A stretch of DNA of 64,000 nt, from contig CBDDDZ010000005.1 of assembly GCA_965226795.1 (NCBI GenBank), positions 768,001-832,000 of the forward strand, written 5' to 3'. The position numbers were made by a program, and so were the translations under genes. Position 1 is the stretch's first letter, and each line of letters begins with the position of its first letter. The notes under the pieces were generated by a model, which saw nothing but the letters and a program-made list of their open reading frames with translations, was not told the DNA's origin and did not search any database. Shown piece after piece: positions 21,292 to 31,156 of the stretch. This DNA comes from Candidatus Latescibacterota bacterium (GTDB taxonomy: Bacteria; Latescibacterota; UBA2968; GCA-2709665).

Positions 21292-21320
21292 TTGACTGTG
21301 TATTTTGTTTGGCATAAATT
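21292..21320 (+). promoter_or_regulatory. Sigma-70-type promoter upstream of the M42 peptidase
   Basis: TTGACT-17 nt-TAAATT. Confidence 0.5.
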
Positions 21321-21448
21321 GCGCGTCGCTCTTCCGGATCACGGTTTCTTACATCACTAATGTCTCGTCCTATGCGGCGCTGCACGGCGGGCATCGGTAG
21401 AGGCGCAGGGCCGCGGCGTGGCGAATGACGGCGTGTGGAGGCATTCCA

Positions 21449-22508
21449 ATGGATGTGCCAATTGATCGTTCACGTTTATTGAAGTTGCTGGAAAAACTCC
21501 TGATGGCCCATGCCCCTCCAGGCGCCGAAGGCGAAGTCGACGCCATTGTGATGAATGAGGTACGACCCCTTGCGGCGTCGGTCTGGCAGGATGCCGCAGA
21601 GAGTATCGTGGTCCACATCAGCGGCCGTGAGGATGGCGCGCCTGTCGCCGTCACGGCGCACAAGGATGAGATCGGCCTTATAGTCAAGCGTGTCCAGGAC
21701 GATGGACGTTTGCGCGTCCGTCCACTGGGCGGCCTCCATCCATGGGCGGTGGGAGAGGGGCCGGTTGACGTTTTGACCGAAGGTGAACCGGTGGCGGGCA
21801 TCCTGTCTGTAGGGTCCAAGCATGTCTCCGAAGAAAGTCCGGCTGGTACTCTGAAAACGGGCAAGGCGATAAAATGGGAGACGTTCTGGATCGAGACCAA
21901 GCGCTCCGCCGGGGATCTGCGGGAACTCGGCGTGCATCGCGGCAGCAAGGCCGTCCTGGCGCGGTCCAGAAAACAACCCATGTTCATAGGGGATTTCATT
22001 TGCGGTTACAATCTCGACTGCAGGGCCGGACTGGCCGTCCTGCTCGAGGCGGCCAGGCAGCTGGCCGAAACGCCGCCGCCGCGCGATGTATATCTCGTTG
22101 CAAGTTCCGAGGAGGAGATCGGCGCACAGGGCGCCGCCTTTTCGATCGGGCAACTGCCCGCTCAGACGGTGATCGCTCTGGATATCGCACCGGTGGCGGA
22201 AGAATATCAGATTGAGAATTGCGGCAATCCGGTTCTGCTTTGGGGCGATGCGTCGGGGGTTTACCACGAACGCACATTGCGTCACCTGGACGGGACTGGC
22301 GGCCCGGATGGGATTCGAAACGCAGCCGGCGGTCGTGACTTCCTATGGGAGCGACGCCAGTATTTCGAAGCGGATCGGGTCGGCCGGCCGGGCGGCCTGC
22401 ATTGCGTATCCGGGAGAGAACACCCACGGGTACGAGATCTGTTCTGTGGAAGGAATTCTGAATTCGGCGCGGCTGCTGATGGCGTATCTGATGCATCCTC
22501 TGGATTGA
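21449..22508 (+). pseudogene. M42 family aminopeptidase, frameshifted by an extra G at 22292-22294 (may be an assembly error)
   Basis: TAHKDEIG, NLDCRAG, SEEEIG, ALDI. The C-terminal motifs YGSDAS and ENTHGYE lie in the 22212-22508 frame; deleting one G gives HLDGLAARMG. Confidence 0.75.
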
Positions 22509-22688
22509 GTGTCGATACGCAGGCGCCAGGGGTACCCGGTCAGCGGAAGGGCGGGTACGGACTCGGCGTTTAATTGTGGAACCCATCATGGGCAACGCGC
22601 GCAACGAACTCGACTGAACCGTTCCCCTGAGCTTGCGCCGTGAGACCGTCGAAGGGTGTCGAAGTGTCGCGAAGAATTCAAGGCTTCT

Positions 22689-23438
22689 ATGCTAATCGAC
22701 AATAAAAAAGGACAATATCAATTCCTGGAAGGAATTGATCCCTATTCATGCGGCGTCGTTGCCGCCCCCGGATACGAGGTCGTACACGCGACGTTCAAGG
22801 ACGCGCTGCCGTGGCTGGCCGGGTTTGAGAAGGTCGATATGCATCTGTGTGACTCGGGTCGGGACCGGCATGCGCTTTGCGGGGTGGAACTACGCTGCTC
22901 GAAACCGCATCCAATGGACGGGTTCATCAGGTTCAACGAGGCCTATTGCGACCTTTTGAGATCCTGGAGCTTGCATGTGGACGGGATGAACCCGGTGGCG
23001 CGAACCAATGTTTCGCCGGTGTGCAATCCGCCGGGCGAGACCGTGATGCACGGGTTTTCATATACAATGCCCCACCGCGAAGAAAGCAGCGGCACGTTCG
23101 TAATCGCGGGTGCGGGTGAATTGCTTGAAGGCGAGTTGGTGAACGACGGCATCGTCAGGCGGGGTGAGACAGGCCCGGACGCGATGCGCGAGAAAGCGGC
23201 GTACGTGGTGCGGGTGATGGCGGATCGGCTTGCGGGCGTGGGCGCGAACTGGAACCAGGTAACGACGGTGGAGGTATACACTGCCCACCCGTTGGATGGT
23301 ATTATGGATGACGTCGTGCTTCCGGGAGTCGGAATGGCGCAGCGGCACGGCTTCAGGTTGTACCGGGCGCGACCGCCGGTGTGCGGGATTGAATTCGAGA
23401 TGGATATCAGGGGAATCAGACGGGAACTCTGCGTCTGA
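22689..23438 (+). CDS. CnbZ-like (2-amino-5-chloromuconate deaminase-like, RidA-related) protein
   Basis: PYSCGVVAAPGYE, ELRCSKP..GF..FN, NPVARTNV, FVIAGAGE, RPPV..IEFEMD. Confidence 0.6.
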   Translation: MLIDNKKGQYQFLEGIDPYSCGVVAAPGYEVVHATFKDALPWLAGFEKVDMHLCDSGRDRHALCGVELRCSKPHPMDGFIRFNEAYCDLLRSWSLHVDGMNPVARTNVSPVCNPPGETVMHGFSYTMPHREESSGTFVIAGAGELLEGELVNDGIVRRGETGPDAMREKAAYVVRVMADRLAGVGANWNQVTTVEVYTAHPLDGIMDDVVLPGVGMAQRHGFRLYRARPPVCGIEFEMDIRGIRRELCV

Positions 23439-23573
23439 CAACCTGAGGCGGGCCAGCGGATGCGCGCGCTTTCACAAACGTTTTTGTCGCGGCGCATCTG
23501 GTCGTCCGGGAGAGGACTCGGGCAGAATACGGGTCGGACGTTGAGTTCGCCCCGTGTATATATTTCAGGTATT

Positions 23574-24542
23574 CTATGGGGTCAGGAGCACCTTGCCCTT
23601 CGTCTGCCTGCCTTCCAGAAGCCGGTGCGCCTCGTGGGCATCAGAAAGGGGAAGCGTACGGTCAATGCGCAGTCTGAGTTTGCCGGTTTGCAGCCAGCCA
23701 AGCACGTCCCCGGCGCGAAGATGCAGTTCCTCCCGGGTCGCGGTGTAGTCGACAAGGGTGGGGCGCGTCATGAATATCGAGCCGTGACGGGTGAGCAGCA
23801 GCGGGTCTACGGGCGGCACGGGGCCGCTGGCATTGCCGAAGAGCACGAGGCACCCCCGGGGCCGCAGACAACTCATGCTTTTTTCCCAGGTGGTTTTCCC
23901 CACCGAGTCGTATGCGACGTGCACGCCCCCGCCGTTCGTGAGGCGATTGACTTCGGCTTCGAAATCCTGTTCGGTGTATCTGATAGTATCATCCGCTCCC
24001 GCGTCCCGTGCCAGTTGTGCTTTTTCTTCCGTTGACACGGTGCCGATGACCCGCGCCCCCCGCAATTTCGCCATCTGAACCAGGATGAGTCCCACGCCGC
24101 CCGCGGCGGCGTGGATGAGAACGGTGTCGCCTTCCGCAACGACATACGTGCTGTGCACGAGATAATGGGATGTCATTCCCTGGAGCATGGCAGCCGCGCC
24201 GGCGGCTGCGTCCACGCCATCGGGAAGTCTGACGAGTCGCTCCTGTGGCGCGGCCACGAATTCGGCATACGAGCAGGGCACCCCGGCGTAGGCCACGCGG
24301 TCCCCCAATTGGAATTCGGTGACTTCAGAACCCAGAGCCGCCACCGTGCCGGCGGCCTCGAGGCCGGGAATAAAGGGCAAGTCGAGCGGATAGAGGCCCG
24401 TGCGGTGGTAGGTGTCTATATAGTTCAGACCAATGGCTTCGATTTCGACCAGTACTTCACCCGGGCCGGGCTCCGGATTCGGGACTTCCTTATAGCATAG
24501 GACTTCCGGACCGCCGGTGCGGGAAACTTGAATCGCTTTCAT
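23574..24542 (-). CDS. qor: NADPH:quinone oxidoreductase (zeta-crystallin/MDR family)
   Basis: GGPEVL, GLNYIDTYHRTGLY, HAAAGGVG, YDSVGK, FGNASG, TKGKVLL. Confidence 0.88.
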   Translation of the reverse strand: MKAIQVSRTGGPEVLCYKEVPNPEPGPGEVLVEIEAIGLNYIDTYHRTGLYPLDLPFIPGLEAAGTVAALGSEVTEFQLGDRVAYAGVPCSYAEFVAAPQERLVRLPDGVDAAAGAAAMLQGMTSHYLVHSTYVVAEGDTVLIHAAAGGVGLILVQMAKLRGARVIGTVSTEEKAQLARDAGADDTIRYTEQDFEAEVNRLTNGGGVHVAYDSVGKTTWEKSMSCLRPRGCLVLFGNASGPVPPVDPLLLTRHGSIFMTRPTLVDYTATREELHLRAGDVLGWLQTGKLRLRIDRTLPLSDAHEAHRLLEGRQTKGKVLLTP

Positions 24543-24561
24543 GGAAATCTCCTTGTTGGGT

Positions 24562-26775
24562 TCAGTGCCTGGCCGTAATGCCGAGAGAGATGCGTCTGGG
24601 CGACCCCAGATTGCGTTCCACAACGGCATAGTTGTACGCCAGGGCGTTATGTGCCTTCAGGACCACCAGGACTTGTCCGAGCGTGTACGCGGCCGAGAGG
24701 TCGAGCAGATAAACCGGTATGAGATCGCGGTTCCCTTCCGGCAATATTCCGGATGCGCGCAGGATTCGGCTTCTGAACTTGAATCGGCCTTCCAACGTGA
24801 GACCGCGGAACGTGGTCTGTAATCCGGCGGTGGCAATGTGCCGGGGGCGATAGGGAAGCGGCTGGTCACCCTCGGGCAGGTTTTCAATCGCGCTGATGAA
24901 GGTATAGTTCCCTTCGAGGCGCAACGGATCCAACGCGGCGGCCAGGCCCGCTTCGACGCCGGCGGTTCGGCCTCTGGCGACGTTCCTGAAACTGACCACG
25001 CCGCCGACGTCCGGCCGTGCCTCGACGAGATCCTGATAGCGGCTCCAGAATGCCGCGGCGTTGAGGTGAGACCAGGGAGTCGGACGGTGATCCAGGGCGA
25101 CTTCGGTGGAGATGCTTTTTTCGGCCACCAGGCCGGTATTGGGAACGATAGGAATCGCGGAGAAAGTGGCGTCGGTGTAGATTTCGGCAATTGAGGGTCC
25201 TCTGAAGCCCCATCCCAGGGTCGCGCGCAACGTGGTACGCCTGGATGGCCGATAGGAGAAACCCAGCTTGGGGCTGAGACGATTTTCCGCGCCGCGGTCG
25301 TCGGTACGGTAACGGTCGTAGCGGCTGCCCCCGGACAGCGCAAACCGATCCGCGGCTTCGATTTCGGCCTGGACATAGGCGGCCAGGTTAAGCCCGGTGT
25401 GATTCCCGAAGAGGTGATCCGAAGAATGCACGGTGTCATGGATCCACTGCGTTCCGACGGTTAGCGCAACCTTTGCGGCGGGCTGGAGGTCCAACTGGAG
25501 TTCCTGGCCGAATTTGTAGGCTTCCGACCGGGTTCGCCCGCTAATTTCGTTGTCAAATTCCGTGCGATACACAAAGGATTTGAGTCGATAGCCCGATTGC
25601 GGATTGAGCAGGTGATAGAAGTCGACGTTCAGATTCAGCTTCTGAGATACGGTTTTGTCGTTTTTTGCGCTCTCAGGTACTTCCAGGGGTTCGTTTCTGT
25701 CTTTCCACAGGACGAAGGTACCGTGATCGTCCAGGGCCCAGTTGCAGGTTGCGGTAAACGTCGCCGCAGCCTTGAAGCGATGCCTGAGTTTGCCGAAGAG
25801 TTTGTATCTCCTGTGCCATGCATTTTCTCTGAATCCGTTGGTCCACTTCTGTCCGGCGCCCAGAATGAAACCCGTGTTACCGGACTGCAGGGAATGGCTG
25901 ATGTCCGTTCCCTCGAAGTACCGCCCACGCGACGACCAACGCCACTCCTGATGGCTGGGTTGGCTGTATCGCCCGCCCAGAAACCGGAAGTGCGTCTCCG
26001 GATCGGGCGACGGATTCCGGGTGATGACGTTGATGATGCCGCCAAGCGCGCCGGTGCCGTATAGCGCGGACCCGGCGCCCTTAATGATTTCCACGCGAGC
26101 GATCTGATCGATGGGAATGGCGTCCCACTTGACGTCGGCGTTGTCGGCGGATAGCGCGGGAAAACCGTCGATCAGCATAAGGACGCGGCTTCCCGTTCCC
26201 CTGGAATAACCGCTGGACCCCCTTATGTTGACCTGGCCCCCCACCATATTGACGCCGGGCACGTATTCCAGTGATTCGTTCAGGGAGACGGAATTGTCGG
26301 ACTGGAGTTCCTCCGCGCCGATGAGCGAGACGCTTGTTGGCGCGTCGACGGCGTTTCGTGCGCGTTTGCTCGCGGAGACCACAATGGCGGGCAATTCGAT
26401 GGGCGTGGAAGAGAGTCGAACGTACAGCCGGAGGGTATCGTTCGCGGTAACGCGAACGTCTTCCGCCAAGTGGGGTGCGAAACCCAGCATGGAGACGGAG
26501 ACGGTGTAGACACCCCGCGGTAAACCGGTCAGGCTGAATTTGCCGTCCACGCCGGTTTCCGTTCCGATGCCGGTGCCAAGCAATACGATGTTGGCGCCCG
26601 GCAACGGTTCACCGGTCTTTTCGTCGTTTGCTCGTCCGACCATCGTGCCGGAGGTTTCCGCCCGCAGGGTTGAGCCCGGACAGAGAAGGCAGAGGAGGCA
26701 GAAAGCCTGTGCAAACGCGGCGATCCGGCCGATCGGCGCCTTGCACGAGGTCGAAATAGGTTTGGATATCGACAT
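24562..26775 (-). CDS. TonB-dependent receptor with N-terminal carboxypeptidase-regulatory-like domain
   Basis: GEPLPGANI, VVSASK, NIRGS, RVEIIKGAGSALYG..ALGGIIN plug motif; barrel-like C-terminus. Start is uncertain. Confidence 0.9.
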   Translation of the reverse strand: MSISKPISTSCKAPIGRIAAFAQAFCLLCLLCPGSTLRAETSGTMVGRANDEKTGEPLPGANIVLLGTGIGTETGVDGKFSLTGLPRGVYTVSVSMLGFAPHLAEDVRVTANDTLRLYVRLSSTPIELPAIVVSASKRARNAVDAPTSVSLIGAEELQSDNSVSLNESLEYVPGVNMVGGQVNIRGSSGYSRGTGSRVLMLIDGFPALSADNADVKWDAIPIDQIARVEIIKGAGSALYGTGALGGIINVITRNPSPDPETHFRFLGGRYSQPSHQEWRWSSRGRYFEGTDISHSLQSGNTGFILGAGQKWTNGFRENAWHRRYKLFGKLRHRFKAAATFTATCNWALDDHGTFVLWKDRNEPLEVPESAKNDKTVSQKLNLNVDFYHLLNPQSGYRLKSFVYRTEFDNEISGRTRSEAYKFGQELQLDLQPAAKVALTVGTQWIHDTVHSSDHLFGNHTGLNLAAYVQAEIEAADRFALSGGSRYDRYRTDDRGAENRLSPKLGFSYRPSRRTTLRATLGWGFRGPSIAEIYTDATFSAIPIVPNTGLVAEKSISTEVALDHRPTPWSHLNAAAFWSRYQDLVEARPDVGGVVSFRNVARGRTAGVEAGLAAALDPLRLEGNYTFISAIENLPEGDQPLPYRPRHIATAGLQTTFRGLTLEGRFKFRSRILRASGILPEGNRDLIPVYLLDLSAAYTLGQVLVVLKAHNALAYNYAVVERNLGSPRRISLGITARH

Positions 26776-27175
26776 TTTTTGTGGTTTCACCCAGGTGAAC
26801 CTGCACCGGTGTGGGAAGAGTGTCGTTGCCAACGTGGTAACAGCCGAGCAAGGAGTCGAAATTCCAGAAGCCGCCCTCGGGACGCCAGGCCACCACAATC
26901 CATTCGTAGGTACCCGGCTCTTCCAGTGGAACGAAATATTCGTAACGGTCCGCACCGATGGTCACGGTTGTGTCCCAGCCCGCAATGTTGAAGAAATCGG
27001 CCAGGGTTTGCGGGCGACGCCGGTAGACCGCCACGGCGACGTCGTTGGTTTCCGGCGGCCACTCGCCGTTGAATATGAGGGTTCCCTTGATGCCCGTTCC
27101 GTCGGGCGGCCCGGGACCGAGGCCGCGGCCGCAGGCGATAAGCACGAGAAGGATCGTTGGAATGAAGCGTTTCAT
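26609..27175 (-). CDS. Lipoprotein associated with the TonB-dependent receptor
   Basis: MKRFIPTILLVLIA-C lipobox; sits immediately upstream of and overlaps the receptor gene. Confidence 0.65.
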   Translation of the reverse strand: MKRFIPTILLVLIACGRGLGPGPPDGTGIKGTLIFNGEWPPETNDVAVAVYRRRPQTLADFFNIAGWDTTVTIGADRYEYFVPLEEPGTYEWIVVAWRPEGGFWNFDSLLGCYHVGNDTLPTPVQVHLGETTKNVDIQTYFDLVQGADRPDRRVCTGFLPPLPSLSGLNPAGGNLRHDGRTSKRRKDR

Positions 27176-27244
27176 GTCGGATAAGCGGCGGGCAAGCGGC
27201 GTTTCAGAGTTCGTGCGGAATGGGTGTCGCCACGCTTGTTTTCC

Positions 27245-27273
27245 TTGACATGGCCTAGGGTTCAGAATAAGTT
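27245..27273 (+). promoter_or_regulatory. Sigma-70-type promoter for the GcvT/YgfZ-family gene
   Basis: TTGACA-17 nt-TAAGTT. Confidence 0.55.
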
Positions 27274-27322
27274 TCATCAGCACGTAAACATGTCTTTTCG
27301 GCGTTTAATAGGGAGGTCGCCA

Positions 27323-28384
27323 ATGACTGTTTCAGCGCTACATGCAGCCAAACTGGCGGCGGGCGCGGTATTCGAACGGATTGACGGCAGGGCGGCGGCG
27401 GCGCACTACGGCGATGCCGCATCCGAGTACGCTTCAGTTCGTGAGGCCGTGGGTCTGGTCGATCGGAGCGACCGGGGCCACCTGCTGGTTACCGGATCGG
27501 ACCGTGTACGTTTTTTGCACGGGATGTTGAGCAATACGGTCGAGGGGCTGGAAACAGGAGGGGGCAATTATGCGACAATGACGACGCCTCGGGGTCAGAC
27601 ACTGACCGACGTATGGGTGTATCACCGTGCGGAAGGGTTCCTGCTGGAGACGGAGCCGGGATTGCAGGAAAAATTGATGGCGTCCCTGGATAAATTCCTG
27701 ATCGCGGATGACGTCGATATCAAAGACGTTACCGGGGAACAGGCGATATTGGGCGTACACGGATACGGCGCTCGCGCGCTTATCGTGCCTTTGGTGGGTG
27801 ATGTGCCCGCCGATCTTGCGGATTGCCATACCGTCGTCCGCACGATGGATGGCGTGGATGTGTCCGTGACCGCGCGCTCCTATACGGGAGAGCCCGGCTA
27901 CGATCTCCGGATAACCGCTGACAAGGCCCCGCACCTGTGGAATGCCCTGATTTCTGCGGGCGCATCCCCCGTGGGGTTTCAGGCATTGGAAGCGTTGCGA
28001 ATAGAGTCCGGAATTCCACGTTACGGAGTGGACATGGACGAGCGGGTTGTACCGCTGGAAGCGGGCCTCTATCACGCGGTCGATTTCGAAAAGGGATGTT
28101 TTATTGGCCAGGAAACGATCGCCAAGATGCATAATTTGGGCAAGCCTAGGCGGTATCTGGTTGGTCTCCGCCTTGAGACAGAGAAAGTTCCGCCGGCTGA
28201 AACACCCCTTCGAGACGGCGAAAAACAGATCGGGTGGATTACAAGCAGCCTGCGTTCCCCTGCCCTGGGGCGGGTGGTATCGCTCGCCTCCGTCCGCCGG
28301 GGGTACGAACAGCCCGGCGGATTCCTGTCTGTCGATGGGGGAGGCCGGGCCGAGGTCGTCGAACTGCCGTTTTTTCGACGATAG
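27323..28384 (+). CDS. GcvT/YgfZ family folate-binding protein (YgfZ-like)
   Basis: LVDRSDRG, LRIESGIP, KGCFIGQE YgfZ signature; SD GGGAGG. Confidence 0.85.
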   Translation: MTVSALHAAKLAAGAVFERIDGRAAAAHYGDAASEYASVREAVGLVDRSDRGHLLVTGSDRVRFLHGMLSNTVEGLETGGGNYATMTTPRGQTLTDVWVYHRAEGFLLETEPGLQEKLMASLDKFLIADDVDIKDVTGEQAILGVHGYGARALIVPLVGDVPADLADCHTVVRTMDGVDVSVTARSYTGEPGYDLRITADKAPHLWNALISAGASPVGFQALEALRIESGIPRYGVDMDERVVPLEAGLYHAVDFEKGCFIGQETIAKMHNLGKPRRYLVGLRLETEKVPPAETPLRDGEKQIGWITSSLRSPALGRVVSLASVRRGYEQPGGFLSVDGGGRAEVVELPFFRR

Positions 28385-28409
28385 GCAGCACGACCCGATC
28401 CATCAACCT

Positions 28410-28438
28410 AGAATACAGGCGGATATCGGTGATGTCAA
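28410..28438 (-). promoter_or_regulatory. Near-consensus promoter pointing antisense into the ygfZ-like gene
   Basis: Minus strand TTGACA (28438-28433)-17 nt-TATTCT (28415-28410). Confidence 0.45.
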
Positions 28439-28440
28439 GG

Positions 28441-28500
28441 TCTTTTTGTCCAAAAAGATCCCAACGGTACCGGGCGGTCTTTTTGGCCGGTACCGTTGGG
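28441..28500. repeat. Two adjacent inverted repeats between divergent promoters
   Basis: TCTTTTTG-TC-CAAAAAGA (28441-28458) and a perfect 14 bp pair CCCAACGGTACCGG/CCGGTACCGTTGGG (28460-28473/28487-28500). Confidence 0.7.
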
Positions 28501-28503
28501 TTG

Positions 28504-28532
28504 TTGACTCTGCACATTTGTTCATTTATATT
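28504..28532 (+). promoter_or_regulatory. Sigma-70-type promoter of the folB operon
   Basis: TTGACT-17 nt-TATATT. Confidence 0.6.
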
Positions 28533-28647
28533 GATATTAATGAAGGGTCGGGAGTGGGGCTTTTCCCGTCGGCGCCGGTGTCGTTACAAGAGGCAATTTG
28601 AGATGTGCAAGGTAGCCCGTATCCGCTGGGAGTGGCTGAGATAGGCA

Positions 28648-29004
28648 ATGGGAAACGACGTGTTGCGCCTGAAAAATATGAGGTTCTTTGCCTACCATGG
28701 GCTGTTTCCCGAAGAGGCGAAATTGGGGCAGTGGTTTGAGGTGGACGTGGAAGTCTTCTCGGACTTTCGGGGTTATGCCCGCGACGGCACCGCCGACGCC
28801 GTCGACTATTCGCGGATCTATGAAACGACACAGGCGGTTGTAACGGGGGAGCGTTTCGGTCTGGTGGAGGCCCTGGCGGATCGCATTGCTGAGGTGCTGC
28901 AGTCGAACCTTCATCTGAAGCGCCTGCGGGTCAGGGTGCGCAAACCCAATCCGCCCATACAGGCGGTATTTGACGGCGTAGAGGTCGAAGTGGAGCGGGG
29001 ATGA
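28648..29004 (+). CDS. folB: Dihydroneopterin aldolase
   Basis: FFAYHGLFPEEAKLGQWF, VDYS, LVEALA, VRKPNPP. Confidence 0.93.
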   Translation: MGNDVLRLKNMRFFAYHGLFPEEAKLGQWFEVDVEVFSDFRGYARDGTADAVDYSRIYETTQAVVTGERFGLVEALADRIAEVLQSNLHLKRLRVRVRKPNPPIQAVFDGVEVEVERG

Positions 29005-29007
29005 CCG

Positions 29008-29520
29008 ATGGCGCTCTCTTACATCGGTATGGGGGCGAACCTTGACGACCGGGCGGCCGTATTGCGCCGGGCGACGGCCACGCTGGACGCGCACGACAGA
29101 CTTAAGGTGAAGGCTGCCTCTCCAATCTATGAAACTGCGCCTATCGGGGTAACCGAGCAGCCGATGTTTCTGAACGCGGTGCTTGCCCTGGAAACAGACC
29201 TCGATGCGCGTGCGCTGCTGGAATGTTTGTTGGACGTGGAAAGACGGTTCGGAAGAGTCCGCAGACTGAGGTGGGGTCCACGGCTCCTGGATCTGGATAT
29301 CCTGCTCTACGGGAATGAGGTTATCCGAAGTCGCGGTTTGCAAATACCCCATCCGAGGTTACACAAGCGGGCTTTTGTTCTGGTACCCCTTTGCGACTTG
29401 ACGCCGAGAGGCCGCCATCCCGTGTTCAACAAGACCTTTTCGGAACTGGCCGAATCGATCGTTCCAACGCAGGAAGTGCGAAAACTGGACGGGGTTTCGC
29501 TGTTGGCGGTTTGCACATAA
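29008..29520 (+). CDS. folK: 2-amino-4-hydroxy-6-hydroxymethyldihydropteridine pyrophosphokinase
   Basis: IGMGANL, YETAP, FLNAV, RWGPRLLDLDIL, IPHPRLHKRAFVL. Confidence 0.95.
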   Translation: MALSYIGMGANLDDRAAVLRRATATLDAHDRLKVKAASPIYETAPIGVTEQPMFLNAVLALETDLDARALLECLLDVERRFGRVRRLRWGPRLLDLDILLYGNEVIRSRGLQIPHPRLHKRAFVLVPLCDLTPRGRHPVFNKTFSELAESIVPTQEVRKLDGVSLLAVCT

Positions 29521-29531
29521 AGGCGTGATTC

Positions 29532-30173
29532 GTGGCCGTACGTTATCTCGCAATCGAAGGTCCCCCTTGTGTGGGCAAGACCGAACTCGCCCGCCTCCTC
29601 GGCAGATCCATACAGGCACGCCTGGTCCTTGAAGAGGCGGAGGAGAATCCGTTTCTGCGCCTGTTTTACGAGAACCCAGAGCACTACGGGTTTCAGACAC
29701 AGGTCTTCTTTATGCTGCACCGGTACCGGCAGCAGCAGGATTTGCACCAGATGGACCTGTTCGAGTCCACTGTGGTCAGCAACTATCTGTTCGCCCGGAG
29801 CGGTATATACGCCCATGTCTGCCTGAACGACGCCGAACTTTCGTTGTACGAGCGTGTGGCCGAGACGCTTCAGGAGAAGGTGCCGAATCCCGATCTGGTA
29901 ATATACCTCCACAATTCGACCGAAGATCTTCTGCAACGGGTTCGAAAGCAGGCACCGGCGTACGAACGTCTGATGACTGAAACGTACCTCGCACGGCTCG
30001 TAGAGGCGTACACCCATTTCTTCTTTCACTATACCGAATCGCCTTTGCTCATCATCAACGTTTCACAGGTCGACTTTGTGCGGAATCCGGAGGGCTTGGA
30101 GGAACTGCTTCAACAGGTGAAGGCGCCACCAGCAGGCACCCGCTATTATAGTCCGTTTCAAATTGAGGCCTGA
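29532..30173 (+). CDS. Deoxynucleoside kinase
   Basis: IEGPPCVGKT, ENPFL..FY, PDLVIYL; typical position after folK. Confidence 0.88.
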   Translation: MAVRYLAIEGPPCVGKTELARLLGRSIQARLVLEEAEENPFLRLFYENPEHYGFQTQVFFMLHRYRQQQDLHQMDLFESTVVSNYLFARSGIYAHVCLNDAELSLYERVAETLQEKVPNPDLVIYLHNSTEDLLQRVRKQAPAYERLMTETYLARLVEAYTHFFFHYTESPLLIINVSQVDFVRNPEGLEELLQQVKAPPAGTRYYSPFQIEA

Positions 30174-30188
30174 CGACGGAATACGGTT

Positions 30189-31067
30189 ATGGAATACGGC
30201 TTTACGGATAAGGGAGTTCCGGGCGTGTCCGACGAGGAATTGCGCGCAGCCCCCGGTTTTCTGGCGGAGATGAAGAGGCGGGGCGAACCGATCGCCATGC
30301 TGACGTGCTACGATTTTCCCACCGCCATCCTGCAGGATGCGTCGAACGTGGATGTCATCCTGGTCGGCGATTCGGTGGGGATCAATATACTCGGATACGA
30401 GAGTCCCCAACAGGTTACCATGGCGGATATGCTTCACCATACCCGCGCAGTCAGGCGGGGTGTCCAGAAGGCAATCCTGTTGGCGGATCTGCCTTACCGG
30501 TCCTACGAGACAGATTCCCAGGCGGTCAACAACGCCCGGGTGCTCGCGGACGCGGGGGCCGATATGGTAAAACTCGAGGGCGCAGAGAATGTGGCCGGAC
30601 GGATCGCGGCGATCACGGCCGAAGGCATTCCGGTGGTGGGCCATGTCGGCCATTTGCCACAGACCTGGAAGGGAAACCGGCATGTCTACGGAGACCGTGC
30701 GGACGAGGCCGCGCTGGTCCTTGCGGGCGCGCTCGCGCTCGAGGCCGCCGGGGCGGTTGCCGTGGTGCTGGAATGTGTTCCCGAGCAGGTGGCCGGCGTT
30801 GTTTCGCGCGCACTGAGCATACCCACGATCGGTATCGGGTCGGGTCGCCGGTGCGACGGACAGGTGCTCGTGGCGCCGGATCTGCTGGGCCTCAACGACT
30901 TTTCATTTCGGTATTCCAAACGCTACGCGGAACTGGGAAACACAATCTGCAAGGCCTTTTCGGCGTACGTCGACGATGTGAAGGCGAAGCGGTATCCTGC
31001 CGACGAGCATCGATATCGAATCAGGAACGAAGAGTTACGGAAGTTCAAGGCCCTCGCGGAAGGCTGA
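30189..31067 (+). CDS. panB: 3-methyl-2-oxobutanoate hydroxymethyltransferase
   Basis: MLTCYD, LVGDS, VKLEG, GHVG.LPQ, TIGIGSG..CDGQVLV. Confidence 0.95.
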   Translation: MEYGFTDKGVPGVSDEELRAAPGFLAEMKRRGEPIAMLTCYDFPTAILQDASNVDVILVGDSVGINILGYESPQQVTMADMLHHTRAVRRGVQKAILLADLPYRSYETDSQAVNNARVLADAGADMVKLEGAENVAGRIAAITAEGIPVVGHVGHLPQTWKGNRHVYGDRADEAALVLAGALALEAAGAVAVVLECVPEQVAGVVSRALSIPTIGIGSGRRCDGQVLVAPDLLGLNDFSFRYSKRYAELGNTICKAFSAYVDDVKAKRYPADEHRYRIRNEELRKFKALAEG

Positions 31068-31156
31068 ACACAAGGCCCGTTCGTAACAGCGACAACGCCG
31101 CGGGGCGGGGATCTCTCGCCCTGCTGTTTCGTGTGGAGAAAGGCCGCCGGCGTAGA

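Noticed and set aside
30305..31156. 569-aa extended PanC
   Set aside because: The extension is an alternate frame over panB. PanC homology begins at ATG 31157.
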